In this document: in pieces, positions 38,869 through 47,512 of the stretch
Position numbering within the stretch: the stretch's first letter is position 1
Layout: each line of letters opens with the position of its first letter
Source: a virus
Lineage: Duplodnaviria; Caudoviricetes
Length of the DNA stretch: 56,944 nucleotides
Strand: one strand, 5' to 3'
Virus record (IMG/VR): IMGVR_UViG_3300030376_003596
Coordinates: 1-56,944 of that record
Translations under genes and position numbers: made by a program
Notes under the pieces: model-generated
The model's input: only the letters and a program-made list of their open reading frames with translations
Told to the model about the DNA's origin: nothing
Database searches by the model: none

Positions 38869-40031
38869 TAGAAACGAATCATTAATATTCCCTGTCCATT
38901 TGTATTAGCTGCAGTTGTTACATAAACATCTCCCACTGCTAAACCTGCTGCTGCTGCTGCTGTATTATCAGCATATGCTTGAAGGTTAGGAAGTTTTAAA
39001 GCATTAGCAGCACTACCCTTTAAATAAGACCCCGCTTCTATTTGCTGTAATGCTGTTATACTGAACGTTGCTGATATGTCACCTGTTAAGCTCATTGACC
39101 CAATACGAGTAATGTCACCTGTTCCGGTAAGGTCACCTGTTAAAACTATATTATTAGTAGCAGTATTACCTGAAGTTAATACAGCGCTTAAATTTGCAAC
39201 AGATGGAACTACAGTTTCCCATGCTAAAGCATTTGCTGCAGACTTACGAAGATACTGTCCTGCTGTTCCATTTAAGTTTGTATTATCTTCAATGTCGGTA
39301 GCAACTAACGTAGGGGTAGTAACGGTAGTTGTTGCTGTTAGACCTGCACCACCTATATCACCCGTTGCTATAATAGCTCCGGTTAGATTAATCTGCCCTG
39401 TAAGATTAACGTTACTTGTCGCAGTGTTCCCTGCAGTTAATACTTCTTGCAAAGTGTTTGCCCCTACAGTTTCCCACACAATTCCTCCGGGTTGAAAACG
39501 TAAGTATTGTCCTGCTAATCCTGTGGAGCCTATACTGTCCTCAATGTTTGTTGGTCTAACCAATGGAGTAGTAACCGAAGTATTACCTACAACAAGTGTT
39601 CCTGTTACTCCTGCACTTGCTATTAAGTTTGTACAGTTAATATCACCTGTAAGGTTAATATCGTTTGTCGCAGTATTACCTGCAGTTAATACGTTCTGTA
39701 ATGTGTCGGCTGTTCCTGTGCCCCACTCAAGTGCATTCGCTGCACTCTTAACAAGATGCTGTCCTGCCGTTCCTGTATTCCCATTATTATCTTTAATATT
39801 TGTTGGAATAATATTTGTGCAAGTAATATCGCCTGTAAGGAGTATATTGTTAGTAGCAGTATTTCCTGCGGTTAATACTTCTGATAATGTATCAGCAGGT
39901 ACTAATGCAGCAATTGATCCAACTGTAAAAGTTTTGGTTGCGTTGCTATCACTAACATCTGTTCCAATTAAATAATCTCCACTGACAGGAGTTGCTGCAG
40001 GATATGCACTTTGGTTACTTATCTTTGACAT
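38868..40031 (-). CDS. Repeat-containing fibre-like virion protein
   Basis: Four repeats of (T/N)L(S/Q)xVLT(A/S)GNTAT; three repeats of D..G..G.AGQ.L. Confidence 0.65.
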   Translation of the reverse strand: MSKISNQSAYPAATPVSGDYLIGTDVSDSNATKTFTVGSIAALVPADTLSEVLTAGNTATNNILLTGDITCTNIIPTNIKDNNGNTGTAGQHLVKSAANALEWGTGTADTLQNVLTAGNTATNDINLTGDINCTNLIASAGVTGTLVVGNTSVTTPLVRPTNIEDSIGSTGLAGQYLRFQPGGIVWETVGANTLQEVLTAGNTATSNVNLTGQINLTGAIIATGDIGGAGLTATTTVTTPTLVATDIEDNTNLNGTAGQYLRKSAANALAWETVVPSVANLSAVLTSGNTATNNIVLTGDLTGTGDITRIGSMSLTGDISATFSITALQQIEAGSYLKGSAANALKLPNLQAYADNTAAAAAGLAVGDVYVTTAANTNGQGILMIRF

Positions 40032-40032
40032 A

Positions 40033-40257
40033 TTATTTCTTTTCTGTCACCTCTCCTGTTTGTAAGTTAATAACAGAATCAGCTCCGTATTTACTAATTA
40101 ATTTCTGTTCCTCAATACCAAAAGTTTGTCTAAGTTTATCCATTTCTTGTAACATTCCATGGCGTTTTAGTTCTAACTCTCCTAGAGCCAACTTTGCTTG
40201 AGTGAACGAATTGTTTAATTCTTGAACTCGTCCTAGTTCTTCTTTAGTTAATTTCAT
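40033..40257 (-). CDS. Small coiled-coil protein
   Basis: ..KYG...INLQTGE C-terminus; promoter box at 40274. Confidence 0.65.
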   Translation of the reverse strand: MKLTKEELGRVQELNNSFTQAKLALGELELKRHGMLQEMDKLRQTFGIEEQKLISKYGADSVINLQTGEVTEKK

Positions 40258-40292
40258 TGTATTAGATTTTATACAAAGATAACTAAATTTAA

Positions 40293-40901
40293 TTATAGTA
40301 AATCACTTTCTAATAAAAGAGTATAGGTAAAACTATTGCCGTATAGATTAGATGAGGTATTGCAAAGAGTCATGAACTCCTTGAAGTCGTGTATGTTTTG
40401 AAACACCTGGCAACCTGCACTGTATTTATCTACTGTATCTCTATCATGATAAGGATGAGAACGATGAATGTTTATACCAAACATCCCCCACTCTTTTGTT
40501 ACATCATCAAAGTCTAGTATCTGATCCTTGTTGTCATCTCGATACACTTCAACATTGGCTAGTCTTTGGCACAAGGCTTCGTACCTTGTAGTGCCATGCC
40601 CATCAATTTTATAGGTGCTTCGATACTGATTAGGAACAAGTATAGCTGTGCCTTTCTTATTCATGGGATGTTCTAACCAATACAATCCTGCATCTGTAGT
40701 TATAGGATATTCTTTTATAACCCACTTGTCATACTTCTTGTATATAACAAGCATGGTATCGTCAAAGCTGTTCGCTTCTTTAATAGGACTTCGTACTCCT
40801 ATTATGTTTAGGTTATAGTTTCCTTTGGTAAAGAATGCATATTTCTTTTCCGCAAATACTTGTTGTATTTTTGTTAAAGCAATTTCGTCTATTAGATTCA
40901 T
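40293..40901 (-). CDS. Putative endolysin with L,D-transpeptidase (YkuD)-like catalytic motif
   Basis: GINIH...SAGCQV (H-x14-S-x-G-C); next to membrane-protein genes. Confidence 0.6.
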   Translation of the reverse strand: MNLIDEIALTKIQQVFAEKKYAFFTKGNYNLNIIGVRSPIKEANSFDDTMLVIYKKYDKWVIKEYPITTDAGLYWLEHPMNKKGTAILVPNQYRSTYKIDGHGTTRYEALCQRLANVEVYRDDNKDQILDFDDVTKEWGMFGINIHRSHPYHDRDTVDKYSAGCQVFQNIHDFKEFMTLCNTSSNLYGNSFTYTLLLESDLL

Positions 40902-40904
40902 ATT

Positions 40905-41171
40905 TTATTTTAGTTGGTAAAGTCTTTCTTCCATTTTGTCAAGTCGAGATTTTATTTCAGTTATCTCGTCTTTAATATATTGCATATCACTATTCATTTT
41001 AAGAACAGCTTCTCTTACAATTTTATCGTTTTTATTTCTAGGTAGTTCTTTTGCCTCTTCAATTTGTCCATTAAGGTGAAACCATATACCTGTTACTGCT
41101 GCTACTGTAGTTATAAGTGAAATAAGATTAGCAGGGGTAAAAGTTATTTTAGTTCTTTCTGATAGATTCAT
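40905..41171 (-). CDS. Membrane-anchored coiled-coil protein (lysis-associated)
   Basis: One TM segment then coiled coil; adjacent to endolysin. Confidence 0.55.
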   Translation of the reverse strand: MNLSERTKITFTPANLISLITTVAAVTGIWFHLNGQIEEAKELPRNKNDKIVREAVLKMNSDMQYIKDEITEIKSRLDKMEERLYQLK

Positions 41172-41234
41172 GACATAAAAAATTGTCTATTAATTAATTA
41201 TCACAAATATACAAAATTTTAAGGAACGTCTAGA

Positions 41235-41498
41235 TTATATTGGCTCAGGTAAGGACCATGTGCTTGTAGCCATTAGCTCTAAACATTCCTCATGAGTGTA
41301 CAAGCCGTCAGGTATAACTGTGCCATCCGCAATAAAGGTAGGCTCAACATCCCACTTAACCACAAACTGTGTGGGTGGGTCTAATAAATTTTTTCTTATT
41401 GTGTCCTCTGACGTTTCTCCTATCTGTGAGAAATCAATCTTTGATAAGTCATTTAAACTTATTGTTGCGTATGTTTGAAATGCTCCTTTTAATTGCAT
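41235..41498 (-). CDS. Hypothetical protein associated with LamG gene
   Basis: IDFSQIGETS..TIRK..YTHEECLELM...W. Confidence 0.65.
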   Translation of the reverse strand: MQLKGAFQTYATISLNDLSKIDFSQIGETSEDTIRKNLLDPPTQFVVKWDVEPTFIADGTVIPDGLYTHEECLELMATSTWSLPEPI

Positions 41499-41507
41499 AG
41501 TATATTT

Positions 41508-42254
41508 TTAAGGTGCGTCTGTACTAAAACTTGTTCCGTTAACAAGTGTTGCGTTATTACCACCACTCCCTTCGTCAGTTACTGTAGTGCCTAAACCTCC
41601 ATTATTATCCCCATTACGCCACCAACCTAATGGTGAATATGAATCAAGGCTTTGGGGTTTTCCACCATTGTAAATTGCAGTCACATCACCTGCCGATATT
41701 TCCGTTGTCCAAAGTCCAACCTCATCTGCTAAACCATCCCAATATAAATTTCCATAACCGCTAATTAACCAAGCTCCCATTCTTGTAATTGTTGCTGAGA
41801 AATCATTCCACCAAGCGGTTTTGTCAGCAGATGAAATAAAAGTTTGTGCTACTGCATTCCCATCAATATAAAGTTTTGCCTCCGTTCCATTGTGCGTTAA
41901 AACTATATGCGTCCAATTAGACGCATTTAATACTGCATTATCAGTTTCAAGTTTCCACTTTTCATTTGAACTTAAATTCACTTGTGCCCTCACCTTTCCA
42001 TTGGATAGTGTTCTAATACCAACAAAAGTTCTGTAAGTATTAGCATCACTTGCTATCACCCACCTATCATTAGTTAAGTCAGGTTTAACCCACAAACTAT
42101 AAGAACCTGTGGTACTTGTTAATGAAACATTAATTAATGCATATTGGTCAACTCCGTCAAAGTCACATGAGTATTTATTATTGAAAGATACACCACTTGG
42201 AACACCGCCTGTGATAGCGTTTCCTATCATGTTGGCTAGTCCTTGTCCTACCAT
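41508..42254 (-). CDS. LamG/concanavalin-A-like lectin protein (putative receptor binding)
   Basis: FDGVDQY, SLWVKP, WTHIVLT, KLYIDG, DEVGLW, IYNGG, GWWR motifs. Confidence 0.85.
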   Translation of the reverse strand: MVGQGLANMIGNAITGGVPSGVSFNNKYSCDFDGVDQYALINVSLTSTTGSYSLWVKPDLTNDRWVIASDANTYRTFVGIRTLSNGKVRAQVNLSSNEKWKLETDNAVLNASNWTHIVLTHNGTEAKLYIDGNAVAQTFISSADKTAWWNDFSATITRMGAWLISGYGNLYWDGLADEVGLWTTEISAGDVTAIYNGGKPQSLDSYSPLGWWRNGDNNGGLGTTVTDEGSGGNNATLVNGTSFSTDAP

Positions 42255-42772
42255 AATGCTATAATAGACGCTGCCGTTGTGTTTGTTTTGTAGACCTTGT
42301 ATACATTAACAGGAATGAATTGTCCGGCATTAACACCTTTGAATATAATTTTTCCATTTAGTATATGATTTCCACCATTTGCTACAGGGCTAACCTCAAT
42401 GTTAGCACCTCCTGTTACATCCCCTACATACAAGCAACATCCGTTTGATGGATTGTCTGTTTGTGAGTATATAGCATAATTTCTTAATGTGTTAAATGCT
42501 GCACCGCCCGTTGAGACATTAGTAACTGTGATAGTCGTGTCATTATTTACAACAGATACAGTACCTGCAACACCATCTGCTGAGTATACAATATCACCAA
42601 CCTTAATGTTATCCGTTAAGAATGTAGCATTAGCATCAATAAGTTGGTCACTTGCTCTACCATCTGCTGTAGTTGTTCCCACTGCTGCCTCTGCTGCAGG
42701 GTTGGGGATTGGTACATTGTCTGCAGGTATAACATCTATCGCCCTGCCGGCTTGTAATTTTTGATATGCCAT
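42248..42772 (-). CDS. Putative virion structural protein
   Basis: LYVG..G.FIPVNVYKVY..T.A..IIALW C-terminus; beta-rich. Confidence 0.55.
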   Translation of the reverse strand: MAYQKLQAGRAIDVIPADNVPIPNPAAEAAVGTTTADGRASDQLIDANATFLTDNIKVGDIVYSADGVAGTVSVVNNDTTITVTNVSTGGAAFNTLRNYAIYSQTDNPSNGCCLYVGDVTGGANIEVSPVANGGNHILNGKIIFKGVNAGQFIPVNVYKVYKTNTTAASIIALW

Positions 42773-42782
42773 TTTTTATATT

Positions 42783-42962
42783 TTATTTACAAAGTTTACT
42801 CGCAAGTTTATTTGCTTGTTGAGGAGTCTTTCCTTTTTTAATAAAAGAATCATATGCATCCATCCCTTTTTTACACATAGGACTTGCCATTTTTTTATTT
42901 TTACCGTTTCCATTTTTATTGAAAACAGATATAGATAATGGTGATGATAAATCTCTTTTCAT
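42783..42962 (-). CDS. Small basic protein, 59 aa (not in ORF track)
   Basis: Manual translation MKRDLSSPLS...QANKLASKLCK; ATGA overlap; internal ATG at 42890 is an alternative start. Confidence 0.5.
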   Translation of the reverse strand: MKRDLSSPLSISVFNKNGNGKNKKMASPMCKKGMDAYDSFIKKGKTPQQANKLASKLCK

Positions 42963-43126
42963 TTCTTATAAGGTATTATTCTATTTAAGGTATCCCTTCT
43001 CTTTCCACAACCACAGTCTTCAACTCCGGCAGCCTTGCTTACTTTCTTGACTACAGACTTTATACCTGTCTTGGTAGTAAACTTTTCTATCGAGTCTCCG
43101 AAACCTCTTGACTTGTTCTTGTGCAT
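42959..43126 (-). CDS. Small basic protein with CGC motif, 55 aa (not in ORF track)
   Basis: Manual translation MHKNKSRGFGDSIEKFTTKTGIK...DCGCGKRRDTLNRIIPYKK. Confidence 0.7.
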   Translation of the reverse strand: MHKNKSRGFGDSIEKFTTKTGIKSVVKKVSKAAGVEDCGCGKRRDTLNRIIPYKK

Positions 43127-43128
43127 AG

Positions 43129-43326
43129 TTATTTTCTTTTACATCCAAAGTTATTAGCGTAGTTTGCCATAGCAACAACCTCCTTTGAATACTTGTCTGT
43201 CTTCTTCATTACTGCTGAAGCCGCACTACACGCATCCTTGAAGCCATTGTTCTTAGCCCACTTAGTGAACTTTCCCTGATCAGCTTTCTTAACTTCAGGA
43301 AATTTAGTTCTACCTTTCTTAGCCAT
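43129..43326 (-). CDS. Small basic protein
   Basis: MAKKGRTK..GKFTKWAK..MANYANNF. Confidence 0.7.
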   Translation of the reverse strand: MAKKGRTKFPEVKKADQGKFTKWAKNNGFKDACSAASAVMKKTDKYSKEVVAMANYANNFGCKRK

Positions 43327-43550
43327 TACTTCTTAATTAATCCTGTAAGATGTTTTCCTACATAGTGAATACACTCAGGATGAGAATGACGATAAGACAT
43401 CCCTTTGTCTGCTCCATAAGAGTGACCGTACATTTTTTTAGACATAGCTTTACTTTCGTCTCTTCTGTCTTTCATTGATTGACTGTGAGCTCCTTTGTGT
43501 CTTCCACCTATTGACTCATCAAGTCTTGCGTTGTAACCTTGTTTTTTCAT
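43326..43550 (-). CDS. Small basic protein
   Basis: KKQGYNARLDES..QSMKDRRDESK. Confidence 0.7.
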   Translation of the reverse strand: MKKQGYNARLDESIGGRHKGAHSQSMKDRRDESKAMSKKMYGHSYGADKGMSYRHSHPECIHYVGKHLTGLIKK

Positions 43551-43554
43551 AATA

Positions 43555-43713
43555 CTAGTATTTAATTTCCATGCCGTAGCCAGGGTTGTTTTTTATTTTG
43601 CCTCCCATGTTCTTAGCAAACTCTGACGCTTGTGCTTTACCTACTGCATTGTAAGCAAACTTTTTGGTTTTCTTCTTTCCGCTGTCAGGGCATTTGTATG
43701 TAACTGTTGGCAT
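43555..43713 (-). CDS. Small basic protein, 52 aa (not in ORF track)
   Basis: Manual translation MPTVTYKCPDSGKKKTKKFAYNAVGKAQA...; promoter box 43735-43742. Confidence 0.65.
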   Translation of the reverse strand: MPTVTYKCPDSGKKKTKKFAYNAVGKAQASEFAKNMGGKIKNNPGYGMEIKY

Positions 43714-43765
43714 GATAATTTATTTTTCTTTCAACAAAGATAATGATAAAATTTAATATGTAAAA

Positions 43766-43972
43766 TTACATATATCGTCTTTTTTTTCTTTCTTCCTTTG
43801 CTAAGGTTTTACCTTTTTGATTAATTAATTTGTTTTTTGCTTTTTGTTTGTTAATAATTTCTTGGTTAGCTAGTTTACACGCTTTTTTTTGTTGACTGAA
43901 TGCTTTAAATTGACTACAATCTTTTATTTGAGGTGTACCACTCTTAGTGGTCATTTTGGTTTTTATTGCCAT
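43766..43972 (-). CDS. Small Lys-rich protein
   Basis: ATG downstream of TAAATTTG box (43993-44000). Confidence 0.55.
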   Translation of the reverse strand: MAIKTKMTTKSGTPQIKDCSQFKAFSQQKKACKLANQEIINKQKAKNKLINQKGKTLAKEERKKRRYM

Positions 43973-44015
43973 GATTTTTTATATTTGTTCTACAAATTTA
44001 ATAAAATATAATTTA

Positions 44016-44468
44016 ATGCCTCAAGATGATTACCTCAAGTATTGGCGAGTAATACGATACTACATCCTTAGAAAGAATAACCTCAAGCCTGCAGAACTAG
44101 AAACACTTATATTCCTTAGATCAGAAAAGTATTTTACTAAACGAGACTTTGATAGATTTACAGAAGTGTATCCCTGGAACAGTAGACGCTTTGATGATTT
44201 ACTCTCACATGGATGGATCGAAGTGTTCTCCAAACCAAAGACTAATCCCCGGAAAAAAAAGTTCCAAACAATATACCAACTGTCACAAAAATCAAAACGA
44301 GTGGTAAAAGATATGTACGACAAACTCAGTGGTGATGAACTGTCAGTTGACCATCAAACCAATCCGATGTTTAAAAAGAATGTGAAGTACACCGACAAAG
44401 TTTATCGCAATATGATTATTAAGATGAATGAGTTTATAAGACAACAACGACATCTCTCTCAAGAATAA
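44016..44468 (+). CDS. Winged-helix (MarR-like) DNA-binding protein, counter-oriented in the late region
   Basis: LKPAELETLIFL..F..LLSHGWIEV..YQLSQKSKRVV; own promoter TATATTTG at 43980-43987. Confidence 0.6.
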   Translation: MPQDDYLKYWRVIRYYILRKNNLKPAELETLIFLRSEKYFTKRDFDRFTEVYPWNSRRFDDLLSHGWIEVFSKPKTNPRKKKFQTIYQLSQKSKRVVKDMYDKLSGDELSVDHQTNPMFKKNVKYTDKVYRNMIIKMNEFIRQQRHLSQE

Positions 44469-44691
44469 TCGTTACCGGGTTGTCATCCACTAACATCGAG
44501 TGACCTGCCCTCTTGTCATAGTACACCTTGTCCCCTTTATTGATTACAGTCACCTCAGTTCCAGGAGCAATTACCTCGCCCTTCTTATAACGAAACTTGT
44601 CACTGTCCTCAGCAGATAACAATAATCCTGTTGAGGTCTTTAGCTCCTCCTTTATCTCTTTGATGATAATGTATTTGTTAATTGGTTTCAT
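44434..44691 (-). CDS. groES: Co-chaperonin GroES
   Basis: MKPINKYIII..TSTGLLL..GEVIAPG..GDKVYY..ILERDVV; overlaps groEL end. Confidence 0.9.
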   Translation of the reverse strand: MKPINKYIIIKEIKEELKTSTGLLLSAEDSDKFRYKKGEVIAPGTEVTVINKGDKVYYDKRAGHSMLVDDNPVTIILERDVVVVL

Positions 44692-46279
44692 AACTCCTAG
44701 CCATTGTGATTATTGCATTTGTACTTAGTATCGTTGTCGCTACTGACATCGCATTAATTAATGCGTTCTTGGTTACCTTAGCCGGGTCTACTATCCCCAT
44801 GTCAACCAAGTTCCCCTTCTTCTCTCCCTTCACATCATAGCCATGGTATGCAGGAGGAGTGTCTTTGTATATCTTGTCAAAGTCTTTCCCCGCATTCGCA
44901 AGTATCTGTCGTGCAGGTGCGGTAAGTATTCTCCTCATGATCATGTTCGATGCGTCAATGTTCTTGTCCTCATTACCCATCGTGTCAAATGTATTGGCAT
45001 ACTTCATTAAGGCTACTCCCCCTCCAGGAAGTATTCCCTCCTGCAAAGCTGAACGTACTGCACATACTGCATCATCTACTCTGTCATACAACTCCTTCTG
45101 CTCAATGTCTGTACTCCCACCAACATAGATAACACCTATGCCGCCCGTAAGGGTGGCAATCCGAGATTTTATAAATTCCTTATCTACCTTTGTCTTGGCT
45201 AGCTTCTCAGCTTCCCATAACTCTTCAACCCTCTTGTCTATCACCGCATTGTCTTCCTGGGAACGAATAATAATAGATGAGTCTCTACCCACAATAATCC
45301 TAGCTGCATGACCCAAGTCACTGAAGTTTATTAAACTCAAATCATCCCCTGTCTTCTCACTGAAGTATGTCGCACCCACTGCTATAGCAATGTCACTCAT
45401 CAGCTCGTGCTGCTTGTATCCAAAGTTAGGTGGCTGTATCGCACATATCTTTAAACCATTCTTCATGACATTCGCAGCCAAGGTGTTTACCACATTCGTA
45501 CCACATGGTGCTATCAATAATAATTTCTTACCCTCAGATATAATTGGTTTGAGTATACTCTCAATCTGTAGGATGTTACTTATCTCTGCTCCGGATACCA
45601 ACACATGAACATCGTCAAGTATACACTCGTCCTTCTTCTGATTGTTTACAAACAACTCACTGTAGTACCCCTTGTCTACCTTCAATCCATTGGTGGTCTC
45701 TGCATAAGTCTCGGAACTCTGTGACTTCTCCACTGTAACCAAGCCATCTTTTCCTATACCACTGTATGTCTCTGCTATCAACTCTCCAATACTGTCATCG
45801 TTGTTCGCTGATAAAGTGGCCACATCTTTTAAACGTTCAGGTGTCAACTCAATTGAGTCCCCATCCAATGCCTCTACTACTATGTCCTTGGCAAAGTTCA
45901 ACGCCCTTAACACCTCTGTCCTGTTATGCTTGTCTGTTATTAATTCATCTCCCGCATTTACAATAGCCTCGGTTAATACTATCGCTGTTGTCGTTCCATC
46001 ACCCGCAATACTCGCAGTTCTATCTGCTGCTTCCTTCATCATCTTTACTGCCAGGTTCTCAACCGGGTCTATCAAGTCAACTGACTTTGCTACAGTGACA
46101 CCATCCTTGGTGACTGTGATTCCTGATGTGTGATGTTGGGATTCTATTAAAACAGTATTCCCTCTTGGACCAAGGGTACTCTTTACTGCGTCTGATATTT
46201 TCTTAATACCACTCTTTAACTTTGATCGTCCTTCATCCCCAAAGTTTAAATCCTTTGGAGTGTATCCATGTTGCTGCAT
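44678..46279 (-). CDS. groEL: Chaperonin GroEL
   Basis: STLGPRG, VTKDGVTVAK, AGDGTTTA, RVDDA, GILPGGG, GIVDPAKV; lacks the GGM tail. Confidence 0.97.
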   Translation of the reverse strand: MQQHGYTPKDLNFGDEGRSKLKSGIKKISDAVKSTLGPRGNTVLIESQHHTSGITVTKDGVTVAKSVDLIDPVENLAVKMMKEAADRTASIAGDGTTTAIVLTEAIVNAGDELITDKHNRTEVLRALNFAKDIVVEALDGDSIELTPERLKDVATLSANNDDSIGELIAETYSGIGKDGLVTVEKSQSSETYAETTNGLKVDKGYYSELFVNNQKKDECILDDVHVLVSGAEISNILQIESILKPIISEGKKLLLIAPCGTNVVNTLAANVMKNGLKICAIQPPNFGYKQHELMSDIAIAVGATYFSEKTGDDLSLINFSDLGHAARIIVGRDSSIIIRSQEDNAVIDKRVEELWEAEKLAKTKVDKEFIKSRIATLTGGIGVIYVGGSTDIEQKELYDRVDDAVCAVRSALQEGILPGGGVALMKYANTFDTMGNEDKNIDASNMIMRRILTAPARQILANAGKDFDKIYKDTPPAYHGYDVKGEKKGNLVDMGIVDPAKVTKNALINAMSVATTILSTNAIITMARSYETN

Positions 46280-46324
46280 ATTTAATTAAATTTAATTTTA
46301 GCAAAGATAAAAAAATATATCATA

Positions 46325-46488
46325 TGTCGAATGTCGAAAAAATTTCTACTATTATATATATATATATTATTATTATTATTATTATAATTAATATACGAAG
46401 AGAAATAATTGACATTATCGACACTACTACTGATTATCAATAAGTTAACTAAAAATAATCGGCACAGAATCGACATAGTACCGACACA
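46325..46488. other. Origin-like element copy A
   Basis: TGTCGA x2, (TA)n/(TTA)n tract, CATTATCGACAC, TGATTATCAATAAGTTA, then three GACA-type boxes at 11-bp spacing; same architecture at 55459-55620. Confidence 0.6.
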
Positions 46489-46505
46489 ATATGGGACGAT
46501 TATAC

Positions 46506-46535
46506 AAAAAAAAGGGACACCATAAAGGTATCCCT
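46506..46535 (-). terminator. Rho-independent terminator
   Basis: AGGGATACC-tttat-GGTGTCCCT plus T-run on - strand. Confidence 0.7.
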
Positions 46536-46565
46536 CTCGTTAGAACAACATTAAGGACATCGTTG

Positions 46566-46775
46566 TTAGAGTTTCTTAACTTTTATTCGGATCATATCGT
46601 CCATGGATTTCATCTCCTCTGCCATGCGAATACCCTCTGCTATCTCAGCAACTCGCTCCGCTTTCTTTATTCCTCTCCTGGCATTAGCCGCCATTTGAAT
46701 TCCTGTTATACCATCAGGGCGGTCATTAATTAACCTACCGTTCTTTACATATAAGCCGTTTACATAATCATTCAT
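46566..46775 (-). CDS. Hypothetical protein (first gene of the leftward arm)
   Basis: MNDYVNGLYVKNGRLIN...; promoter box 46795-46802 and own terminator. Confidence 0.6.
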   Translation of the reverse strand: MNDYVNGLYVKNGRLINDRPDGITGIQMAANARRGIKKAERVAEIAEGIRMAEEMKSMDDMIRIKVKKL

Positions 46776-46849
46776 AGTCGTAGTATTATAATAACAAAGA
46801 TACAAATTTTTTTTAGATGCTTGGAGGTATTGGGTTATATATAGCATTT

Positions 46850-47130
46850 ACGCCAACACCCCGATCAGGAGAATGACATTTTTTTGAGCACCCCCCCTCA
46901 ACAAATAGGTTGGTTCACTCGGATTTTTTGGCGTTTTTGTTGACTACCCTTGCCACCCCCTTGACTTGCACCACCCCTCATCGCTCTGTACCCCACGCCA
47001 GGCCTGGCCTGCAGGAGTTTTGCCCTACCTTCCCCTACCCCTCCCCCCTCTTCCCCTCTATCCCTTATAGAATATAGGTTATATACCTTTAACCATAGAG
47101 AGGTAAAGGATAACCCCCTCAAGCCCTCCA
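46850..47130. other. C-rich non-coding divergence region; probable genome terminus/packaging region
   Basis: Multiple C-runs and palindrome GCCAGGCCTGGC (46997-47008); lies between the divergent arms. Confidence 0.45.
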
Positions 47131-47278
47131 AGAATTATAAATTATTTTGTCGGAATTCATCGAGTGTTTTACGTATATTTTACAAGGCTTTCAGAATGAT
47201 TGTGTAACTATATATAAAAAGATGCGTAAAAATGATCAAATATTTTACGAATATTTTTTTTTATTTCACGAATAATTT

Positions 47279-47286
47279 TATATTTG
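47279..47286 (+). promoter_or_regulatory. Early promoter -7 box
   Basis: TATATTTG 25 nt before ATG 47311. Confidence 0.7.
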
Positions 47287-47310
47287 CAATAACAATTTAA
47301 AACAAAACAT

Positions 47311-47508
47311 ATGAAAACACTCAAGAATTTTTTATTATTACAGTCTATAGCCCTTGGCGTAGCATCATTCTTAGCGATTGTTGACTTCAACAATCCAAGA
47401 GGAGAAAACGAGATGATAGTTAAAATCGCATTAAGTATTTTTTATGCCTTACTATCATTTGGTTCATTTAAATTTTATTCATCAATCCGTAAAACCCTAA
47501 AAAAATAA
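47311..47508 (+). CDS. Small two-TM membrane protein (first early gene)
   Basis: Two hydrophobic helices, basic C-terminus. Confidence 0.65.
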   Translation: MKTLKNFLLLQSIALGVASFLAIVDFNNPRGENEMIVKIALSIFYALLSFGSFKFYSSIRKTLKK

Positions 47509-47512
47509 AACT

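Noticed and set aside
39076-39975. Two long + strand ORFs
   Set aside because: Antisense to the repeat fibre gene
46222-46733. ORFs 46222..46443, 46282..46476 and 46491..46733
   Set aside because: Low-complexity translations of the (TA)n/(TTA)n origin-like tract, or antisense to real genes
46898-47131. Gly-rich 77-aa ORF
   Set aside because: Product of C-runs in the non-coding divergence region; non-ATG start
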